Source: Saprolegnia diclina VS20 (taxonomy: Eukaryota). From it: a DNA stretch of 52,499 nucleotides. The notes under the pieces are model-generated. The model was given only the letters and a program-made list of their open reading frames with translations. It had not been told where the DNA came from and made no database searches. Numbering within the stretch: the first letter of the stretch is position 1; every line of letters begins with the position of its first letter. Of this stretch, positions 45,483 to 52,499 are shown in pieces. A program made the translations under genes and the position numbers. Location of the stretch: contig NW_008246094.1 in assembly GCF_000281045.1 (NCBI RefSeq), forward strand, positions 569,645 through 622,143, given 5' to 3'.

Positions 45483-46553
45483 ATGAGCAAGCTCGACCGC
45501 GCCGTCTACGACTCGTATGCGAGCCTCGACACGGGCAGCTACATCCAAGCCGAGTACGTCTGGATCGGCGGCTCGGGCCAGGACCTCCGCTGCAAGACAC
45601 GCACGCTCGACAAGCCGCCGACGTCGGTCGCCGACCTCCCGATCTGGAACTTTGACGGCTCGAGCACCGGCCAAGCGCCGGGCGAGGACTCGGAGGTGAT
45701 GCTCAAGCCGGCCGCCATCTACAAGGACCCGTTCCGCCGCGGCAACCACATCCTCGTGCTCTGCGACTGCTACAAGCCCGACATGACGCCGATCCCGACC
45801 AACACGCGCTTTGACGCGGCGCGCGTCATGGAGGCGGCCAAGGCGCACGTGCCGTGGTTTGGCATCGAGCAAGAGTACACGCTCTTTGAGAAGGACCAGG
45901 TGACGCCGTACGGGTGGCCCAAGGGCGGCTTCCCGGGGCCGCAGGGTCCGTACTATTGCGGCGCCGGCGCGCACTCGGCCTTTGGCCGCCTCATCGCCGA
46001 CGCGCACTACCGCGCGTGCCTCTACGCCGGCGTCCGCGTCTCGGGCATCAACGCCGAGGTGATGCCGGGTCAGTGGGAGTACCAGGTCGGGCCGTGCACG
46101 GGCATCGAGTCGGGCGACCAGCTCTGGATCTCGCGCTACATCATGCTGCGCGTGTGCGAGGACTTTGGCGTGTTCGTGTCGTTTGACCCGAAGCCGATTC
46201 CGGGCGACTGGAACGGCGCCGGCTGCCACACCAACGTGTCGACCAAGGCGATGCGCGAAGACGGCGGCATGGCCAAGATCATCGAGGCGCTCGAGAAGCT
46301 CAAGCTCAAGCACAAGGTGCACATTGCGGTCTACGGCACGGGCAACGAGCGCCGGCTCACGGGCCGCCACGAGACCGCGTCGATCGACCAGTTTTCGTAC
46401 GGTGTCGCCAACCGCGGCGCGTCGATCCGCATCCCGCGCCAGGCCGAAGCCGAGGGCAAGGGCTACTTTGAGGACCGCCGCCCGGCCTCCAACATGGACC
46501 CGTACGTCGTCACGGGCCGCATCATCAAGACGATCACGCTCGACGAAGCCTAA
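45483..46553 (+). CDS. GLN1: Glutamine synthetase type II, copy 2 (356 aa)
   Basis: Same motifs as copy 1; the protein differs only near the C-terminus (TLDEA vs TLNEA). Confidence 0.98.
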   Translation: MSKLDRAVYDSYASLDTGSYIQAEYVWIGGSGQDLRCKTRTLDKPPTSVADLPIWNFDGSSTGQAPGEDSEVMLKPAAIYKDPFRRGNHILVLCDCYKPDMTPIPTNTRFDAARVMEAAKAHVPWFGIEQEYTLFEKDQVTPYGWPKGGFPGPQGPYYCGAGAHSAFGRLIADAHYRACLYAGVRVSGINAEVMPGQWEYQVGPCTGIESGDQLWISRYIMLRVCEDFGVFVSFDPKPIPGDWNGAGCHTNVSTKAMREDGGMAKIIEALEKLKLKHKVHIAVYGTGNERRLTGRHETASIDQFSYGVANRGASIRIPRQAEAEGKGYFEDRRPASNMDPYVVTGRIIKTITLDEA

Positions 46554-47306
46554 GTGTATACATGTATCTGCAGTTCAATGGCACTGTAGAAGGAACAAGA
46601 CATATATATCTCCACTGGCAAATGGTTCAGGTAGACTGCACAAGCACGTTGCATCGCACGAGACGTCTCATGCATCGAAGTGCACGTGGTTGCTTCGTAT
46701 GCACCAGTGCAGCATCGCTAGGGCGGGTCATTGTCATGCTTTCTCTATGTAAGAGGGCGCCGGCGCTGGTTGGAGAGGCGTGCGTCGCGTTACCTCGGTC
46801 AGTGGTTTTTGCTGGCTGCCATCATAAGGCAGGCGCCTACATTATACTAGTTGACCCAAGCGGTCGCAACAGCAACGTATTTGCTACACTACTAAGTACT
46901 GGTACACGACAGTCAGGACGAACCGATGCCGCATGAGAGAGGCGCGTCGTCTAGGACGTCATGACATTCGCTCTGTCGGGTACATGTAGCTCACTGAAGC
47001 ACGAACTAGTTAGTAGCTCACTGCAGCACGACCTGGATCAAACGCAAGACACCACCCGCCATTTTTAAGACATCTGAGTGGCGCCGTCCATCTACGACTA
47101 AGCGTCCGTTCAGTCGATGAAAGAGAGCACAGCTGCGTCATGTAGAGAACTAACTGCCAAAGCTCGACATTGCAGCGGGATACCCAAGCTGCAATGGACC
47201 TACCCCTCCGTGTAACTGCGTTCATAGCCGATTCGAGCGCCGTTGCTTGGTATTTGTAAGCGACGAATGGCGGTCGCTGTCCGGATACCGCTGCCAGCAT
47301 CTAGCC

Positions 47307-48047
47307 ATGACGTCGATCGCGCTGCTCTGGGCCGTCAACGCCGTCGCGGTCGTCGGCGTCGGCGTCGCCGCGACGCATTGGTCGCTTGTCGCAACTGGCT
47401 CGTTTCTTGTGGTCTTTCTGGGCTACCTCGGTGCGTCCTTTCTCCTCGAGCGCGTCTTTTACCCGTCGCCGTCGCCGCGGTCGCAGCCCAAAGCGCCAGA
47501 CCATACCGCGCTCACGCTCTTCAATCTGCTCGTGGCTTCGGTGTTTGCGATGCTGGCGGCCGAAGGCCATATGCGCGGCCTCTCGCGCATGAGCTTTGGG
47601 CCGTCGCCGGCGCCGCTAACCATCGCGCTCGAGGTGGGCCTCGCCTGTCTCTTTGAAAACACGGTCGAGTACTACTGGCATCGGTTCCTGCACACGCGGG
47701 CGGCGTACGCTCATGTGCACAAGGTACACCACCACTACAAGTCGCCGCGGCCGTTCGACGACATGTACATGCACCCGGTCGAAGGCATGGCGTACTACTG
47801 GGTGCTCTACGGACCGCCGTACGTCTTTGCGATGCATATGCACAGCTTTTGCATCTACATGGCGCTCATGGGGCTCTTTGGCTTGCTCGACCACTCGGGC
47901 ATTCCGGTGCGGATCCCGCTTGTGTATGACACGCGCGACCACGAGATCCACCACCGGCGCGTCAACTACAACTATGGGTTTCCGTTCCAGTACTTCGACT
48001 TTCTGCACGGTACGTACTTGGCGCCGCAGCCTCCAAAGTCACTTTAA
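47307..48047 (+). CDS. Fatty acid hydroxylase / sterol desaturase superfamily protein (ERG3/ERG25-like)
   Basis: His boxes YYWHRFLH, HKVHHH and HEIHH, plus HPVE, DHSG and NYNYG..F..FD.LHGT; N-terminal transmembrane segments. Confidence 0.9.
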   Translation: MTSIALLWAVNAVAVVGVGVAATHWSLVATGSFLVVFLGYLGASFLLERVFYPSPSPRSQPKAPDHTALTLFNLLVASVFAMLAAEGHMRGLSRMSFGPSPAPLTIALEVGLACLFENTVEYYWHRFLHTRAAYAHVHKVHHHYKSPRPFDDMYMHPVEGMAYYWVLYGPPYVFAMHMHSFCIYMALMGLFGLLDHSGIPVRIPLVYDTRDHEIHHRRVNYNYGFPFQYFDFLHGTYLAPQPPKSL

Positions 48048-48422
48048 TCAGTCGCTCGTAATCGACGAGGTCTTTCAAGTCGACTGCTTGGTCGCTGAAT
48101 ATGTACGTCTCTTTGTTCTTGATGCGCCATCTCGAGCGAGCCGCTGGATGAGGGGCGTCAGTACCGCCTAGCGTCGCAGTGTCCAAGCAGGAATGCACTT
48201 GTGGGCAGTGCCTGGTAGTGAGGCATCCATCCAAGCAGAAGATGCGCCGATCATCACACCTCGATCGACCGCATCGCGTCCGTCACACCCTGTCTGCACC
48301 GTGGCAGTTGGCAGCTCGGTCGTGCCGACACAAAATAGCGCTCGCAACCGTCGACGTGTTTATTCCTAGCCATTTACTAAACCCAGAATTCGACACTGCT
48401 CAGCCTTGCAGAAACCAGCGAG

Positions 48423-51008
48423 ATGGAGACGTTCAAGGTGCATTCGCTGCGCGCCAATAGCACGCTTGCGCCCTCGGGCATCCTCGTTTGGCCTCGCCAA
48501 CCGCTGCCCACCTCGGTCCCATGGACAACCAAAGTCGTATTTACGCTCGGCTGCCTCTGGAACCTACTTGCACCGCTCAAAGCATGGGGGCTCTCCCGCT
48601 ATGGGTTTGTCCCGACATCCAGTACGGTGGTTCAGAATCTCAATTGGGATTCGGAACTCAACGGCGCGTTCCTTACCTCGCTCTACGCAGCCGCCGGGAT
48701 CGACTCTGGCTACCCCCGAAATGCCACACGCTACATCAACGTCGTTCTCGACTTCCTCGTCGCACCGCGCTCGAGTGCGCTCTGGGCGACGGGTTACGCC
48801 AACTCGTCGCATGTGTACCAGATGAGCTTGAACGGACGGCCGCGCCGGCAGTCGCTCAACGCGTCGCGGGAGCTACGTCGCTTTGCGCACGATTTGCCGG
48901 CGTTCACCGCGCTCGGATTCGGACTCTGGGGCAGCGAGCGCCTCTTCTCCGCGCTACCGCCGGTCGCCGACGACTGCGGCGTCCAGGACGTGGCCGAGGC
49001 CGTGCTGTGCCTCAAAGGCGTCTCGATGCAGTCGTACGTCAACCTCCAGTACACGTCGCCCTTGTCACCGAGCTCGAATGCCGACGACGCTGCCGCCGTC
49101 GCGGCCTGGGAAGCGCTGATTTTTCCCGACTTGGCAGCGTGTTTACGCCGGCGCGCGCAGTTGGTCGCGGCCATGGCAAGCGAAGGGGCCGCGCTCGTCG
49201 CGCTCGTGCACGAGCTCAGTGCCAACTACTCCTTAAGCGTTGTCAACGTGGCGGGCGCGGGCTTGTTGTATGCGCCCGTCACGTTTACAGCCGGCTTTCT
49301 CGACATTTCGGGAGCCCGCGCCGGAAAACTCACGTACCAGCTCATGGGCCGGGACCCCGCGGCCGTCTACTTGGTGGGCAGCGGCCACTTGGACTCGATC
49401 TTTGTGTCGCGCGAGACCGCGTGGTTTTGCGCGATTCAATACGTGGACCCTATCACCCGCCAGAAGGATGCAACGCAGTGCTTTGCGCGCGTTGGCGCGA
49501 CGCTGCCGGCGTTCTTTGCCGCCAAGTACATTGCCACGTACTCGGGCACGCGGTACATTGACAACGCGGACGTTGTGCCGTCCGCAATGGTCGGCAACGT
49601 GACGCTGTACACGTGGCGGAGCGTGCCAACGCGCGTCGATGACCGCCGCGTCCCCACGCAAGGAACGTGGACGTTGCTGTGGCAAGACCTTATTTCGTCT
49701 GTGCACGGGTCGCCCCGCGACACGGCCGCCGCGCTCGAAGAGTTTTGCCTTGTCGGCGACGGCTGCTTCCACGCCTGTCTGAACGAGACCGCGAGCAGTG
49801 GCATGACGCTCACGTACATGCGCGGCGGCGTGTGCATCTCGGCGCCCAATACGATCTTATATGACGCGAACGCCATCTTTACCGACGCGGCGTGCTTTGG
49901 CCGTGGCGACCACCATGTTCAAGTCACGTACCTCGACGGCGCAGGGGTCCGGCGTCGCGCCGTCGCCAACCACACCGCTGGCCCCTTGGGCATCCTCGCG
50001 TGCTTGATTGGCGGTCGGCCGCCGTCCATCGAGCTCCCGTCCTATGTCATGGAGATGCTCACGCAGGGTCCGCAAGCGACGATCGCAATCACGGTCGCCA
50101 ACGGCAGCGAGACGATCACGCTCAATTTTCTCTCGCTTCTCTCGCTCCTCGGCCAAGTCTACTTTGCAGTCTCGGTCGCGCTGCACATGGCGCGGACCCA
50201 GAACTGGGCGCAGCTCTCGGTCCAAGCACGCTACAGCCGCGCGACTTGCAACGTCGGGAGCGTCGTCTGGATACGGCACCGCACGGCCATGTGCGGCGTC
50301 GGGTTCCTTGGTCTCCTCACGTGGCACATTGGGGCGATGCGCTGCGGCTGCGAATGGCGGTCGGACGCCATGTCCTATATCAAACTCGATCCGAGCTACG
50401 TCTGCGCCGTCGACCCGTGGGGCCACATGTCCAATGGCTTGGAGTGTCTACGCCTTCTCTCGTTTGCATGGACCTTCTTTGCGATGGCGAGCATGGACAA
50501 GGTCCCCGGCGTCACGCGCCACTGGCAAGGCTACCTCATGGTCGTCGTTCTCTTGGGCTTTGTGCCGTTGACGGTGCTCGCGGCGCTCGTCGGCTACTGC
50601 ATGACGCTGCGCTCAACGTACTTTCCGATTGTTCACAGCCAGTTTGTGCTCGTCGCGCTCTGGTGCACGGTGCTGACCGTCCTGCGCAGCGCGCTCGCCG
50701 CGCCCTACATGCGCCTTGTGGAGGCGTGCTTGCTCGCCGTGGGGCTCCGGCCGCAGCGCATCGACCGGCGCAGTCTCTTCCACGGCCTCATTGGCAACGT
50801 CTACTGGACGAGCGCGGCGAGCTGGCACGAGACACCAGCATGCTACGTACCCCTGAGCTTGCTCTTCAAGACCGACGGCGTCCATCTCAACTACATCCAC
50901 GACCATGCGTACTACCCGAACGGCGTCGTGAACGCTGTGCTATCGCAGCACCCGCATCCCGACTGGGTCGAGACCGAGAGAGAGTACTACGTCTGCGCGC
51001 GCATGTGA
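48423..51008 (+). CDS. Large uncharacterised membrane protein (861 aa): N-terminal TM, Cys-rich ectodomain, multi-TM C-terminal half
   Basis: Intronless long ORF with coding bias. One TM near residues 35-55, about 500 aa with many Cys and N-x-S/T sequons, then about 5-6 hydrophobic helices. Confidence 0.85.
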   Translation: METFKVHSLRANSTLAPSGILVWPRQPLPTSVPWTTKVVFTLGCLWNLLAPLKAWGLSRYGFVPTSSTVVQNLNWDSELNGAFLTSLYAAAGIDSGYPRNATRYINVVLDFLVAPRSSALWATGYANSSHVYQMSLNGRPRRQSLNASRELRRFAHDLPAFTALGFGLWGSERLFSALPPVADDCGVQDVAEAVLCLKGVSMQSYVNLQYTSPLSPSSNADDAAAVAAWEALIFPDLAACLRRRAQLVAAMASEGAALVALVHELSANYSLSVVNVAGAGLLYAPVTFTAGFLDISGARAGKLTYQLMGRDPAAVYLVGSGHLDSIFVSRETAWFCAIQYVDPITRQKDATQCFARVGATLPAFFAAKYIATYSGTRYIDNADVVPSAMVGNVTLYTWRSVPTRVDDRRVPTQGTWTLLWQDLISSVHGSPRDTAAALEEFCLVGDGCFHACLNETASSGMTLTYMRGGVCISAPNTILYDANAIFTDAACFGRGDHHVQVTYLDGAGVRRRAVANHTAGPLGILACLIGGRPPSIELPSYVMEMLTQGPQATIAITVANGSETITLNFLSLLSLLGQVYFAVSVALHMARTQNWAQLSVQARYSRATCNVGSVVWIRHRTAMCGVGFLGLLTWHIGAMRCGCEWRSDAMSYIKLDPSYVCAVDPWGHMSNGLECLRLLSFAWTFFAMASMDKVPGVTRHWQGYLMVVVLLGFVPLTVLAALVGYCMTLRSTYFPIVHSQFVLVALWCTVLTVLRSALAAPYMRLVEACLLAVGLRPQRIDRRSLFHGLIGNVYWTSAASWHETPACYVPLSLLFKTDGVHLNYIHDHAYYPNGVVNAVLSQHPHPDWVETEREYYVCARM

Positions 51009-51095
51009 AGATCACCATTCGCAAAGATCGCGACGTCGGCGCATCCGGATACAGCAACGGGCTCTTTGTATCGGCGGTGGAACAGTCCGGATACC

Positions 51096-51112
51096 GTCAT
51101 TTCCACATTCGC
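51096..51112 (+). promoter_or_regulatory. Oomycete Inr+FPR-like core promoter
   Basis: GTCATTTCCACATTCGC about 30 bp upstream of ATG 51128 fits the TCATTY...CAWTT arrangement described for oomycete promoters. Confidence 0.55.
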
Positions 51113-51127
51113 ACCGACCGCCGCAGC

Positions 51128-51568
51128 ATGCACGATGTCGACATGACGAGCGACGACGACGACGTCGAGGTCCCGCGCTACGGCGGCCTCAAGCGTGCGC
51201 CGCCCATGGAGGCCGTCGTCGAGCACAAGCTCAAGCGGCTCAAGATCCAGCGCGGTTCGTCGCCGGACGGCCACGGGCAGCTGCAACACCCGCCCATGGC
51301 TCCTACCGCAGACCACGAGCATCGACGGCGCCAGCACGAACAAGAGCAGCAGCGTCAAGCAGAGCTACACCACCGCCAGCGGCAGTTCGAGCAGCAGCAG
51401 CAACAGCAGTACCACCACCAACTTCAAGCGCGCGTGAGCCAGTATTTGACGGCGCTGCCAGCACGCTACGATCCGACATCCCCCTCCGATGTCAATTATG
51501 CGCTGTCAAACCAAGTCTTGCGCGACCTCCACTTCCAGCGCGAACGGCGCAAGCAGACGACACCGTAG
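51128..51568 (+). CDS. Small Gln/His-rich, probably nuclear protein with a C-terminal Y..NQ.LR..HF helix
   Basis: MHDVDMTSDDDD..., basic LKR...KLKRLKI, poly-Q tract, ending NYALSNQVLRDLHFQRERRK. Confidence 0.7.
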   Translation: MHDVDMTSDDDDVEVPRYGGLKRAPPMEAVVEHKLKRLKIQRGSSPDGHGQLQHPPMAPTADHEHRRRQHEQEQQRQAELHHRQRQFEQQQQQQYHHQLQARVSQYLTALPARYDPTSPSDVNYALSNQVLRDLHFQRERRKQTTP

Positions 51569-51725
51569 GAGCTATTTTATGCGACAGCAAGAACTGCTCT
51601 CGTTGCATTACCTCGCACAGCTCGTTGCGACGACCATCGGCTCCTCATGCAACACAGAGGGTGCAGTTTGTATCGCCAACGAACGTATTGGCGCGACGAG
51701 GGTTGGCGATGCCCATTCTCGACTG

Positions 51726-51776
51726 GCGCCTCTACCTGGGTCGGGCTGCGCCTCTACCTGGGTCGGGCTGCGCCTC
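51726..51776. repeat. Tandem repeat, 22-bp unit x2.3
   Basis: GCGCCTCTACCTGGGTCGGGCT twice, followed by GCGCCTC. Confidence 0.9.
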
Positions 51777-51854
51777 ACGAAAATGTGTCAACAAGATGTG
51801 GGCAAAGAATTCTAGTGTTCGGAGCAATTCTTAATTCTTAGCGCTATTTACTTA

Positions 51855-52499
51855 CTACTGCTGCGTGGACGCGTCGACGTCCTGGCCGCCGCAGCGGTCA
51901 GCGATGCCCGAAATCTCGACGCCCGCGATCGACGCGTCGTCATTGGTGGTGATGATGCAGCCAATGCGCGACGGCAAGCCCATGCGCCGGCCTTGCGAAA
52001 ACGTCAGCGGTGACGTGGCGCGGCCGTGGTGCAGCAGGAGCGCGCCGAGAGCCCCCGACGACGTGCCCGTCGCGGCCTCTTCGTCGATGCCAAAGCGCGG
52101 CGCAAAGTTGCGGCACTCGGCCGTCACGTCATCTTCGTCCGGCGACAGCGTAAACACGTGCATACCGATCGTGTCGTGCTGCGTCGAGAGCGCGCTGATC
52201 GCGGCCATATCTGGGCGCAGCACGTCGTGGAGCACGTGCGAGGAGGTGACGTGCACAAAGATGTCGGGCAGCCCCGTCGATACGATCGTGATCGGGACGT
52301 CCCCAAGGTACTCGCGCGGCAGGTTGAGGGAGGCGAGGACGGCGTCGACGTCGGATGCCGCAGTGAGCGGTCGGAACGTCGGCGTGGCCTGCTCCATGCG
52401 CACGCGCCCGTTGGCGTCAACGACAATGCGCAGCGACCCTTGCGTCATTGTCTGCATGACGTAGCTTGTGTTGCGCGGCATGGCTGAGAAGACTGCGAT
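51855..52499 (-). CDS. PhzF family (phenazine biosynthesis-like / DAP-epimerase fold) protein, 5'-truncated by the window edge
   Basis: IVSTGLPDIFV, LRPDMAAISALS, CRNFAPRFGIDEEAATGTSSGAL and FSQGRRMGLPSRI are PhzF C-terminal signatures. Confidence 0.88.
   Translation of the reverse strand: MAVFSAMPRNTSYVMQTMTQGSLRIVVDANGRVRMEQATPTFRPLTAASDVDAVLASLNLPREYLGDVPITIVSTGLPDIFVHVTSSHVLHDVLRPDMAAISALSTQHDTIGMHVFTLSPDEDDVTAECRNFAPRFGIDEEAATGTSSGALGALLLHHGRATSPLTFSQGRRMGLPSRIGCIITTNDDASIAGVEISGIADRCGGQDVDASTQQ

Noticed and set aside
43546..46370. Long antisense ORFs over both GS genes (402 and 310 aa), and similar ones over RPT3, the PPR gene and the kinases
   Set aside because: These are shadow ORFs expected from high third-position GC in the real genes; they contain no domains.
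49892..51127. 558-aa ORF overlapping the large membrane protein gene
   Set aside because: Only the part from ATG 51128 looks like a real protein and has its own Inr-like promoter; the upstream part is an alternative frame of the 861-aa gene.

Overview
This is gene-dense eukaryotic DNA with GC-rich exons, many short (~45-60 nt) GT-AG introns and CCAAT and Inr-like promoter motifs. It best fits an oomycete of the Saprolegnia/Achlya type, which is an inference from gene style and content. Housekeeping-type genes are the proteasome ATPase Rpt3, a bZIP factor, an mRNA capping enzyme, a PPR protein, two nearly identical head-to-head glutamine synthetase II genes, a sterol desaturase/fatty-acid hydroxylase, a DUF4203-like membrane protein and a partial PhzF-family gene. 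The accessory middle holds a Ty3/gypsy integrase relic across an assembly gap, a cluster of four related small genes, four TKL-type kinases of which three look catalytically dead, a cAMP-receptor-like 7TM protein and a frameshifted LRR-like gene (a second one lies near the window start). Main leads: (1) the four-gene cluster shares a short acidic repeat, with two full CCT/NF-YA-like domains, one half-CCT and one CCT-less member; (2) the capping enzyme fuses a tunnel-type (CYTH/Cet1) triphosphatase to a guanylyltransferase; (3) a kinase-to-pseudokinase paralog series lies next to an orphan GPCR; (4) DNA-level oddities include a 34-bp perfect palindrome flanked by 7-bp direct repeats, a micro-inversion inside the integrase, and an inverted GS duplication with a 28-bp palindrome in its spacer. 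Family assignments are from motif recognition by eye; no database searches were run. Multi-exon gene coordinates are outer bounds.
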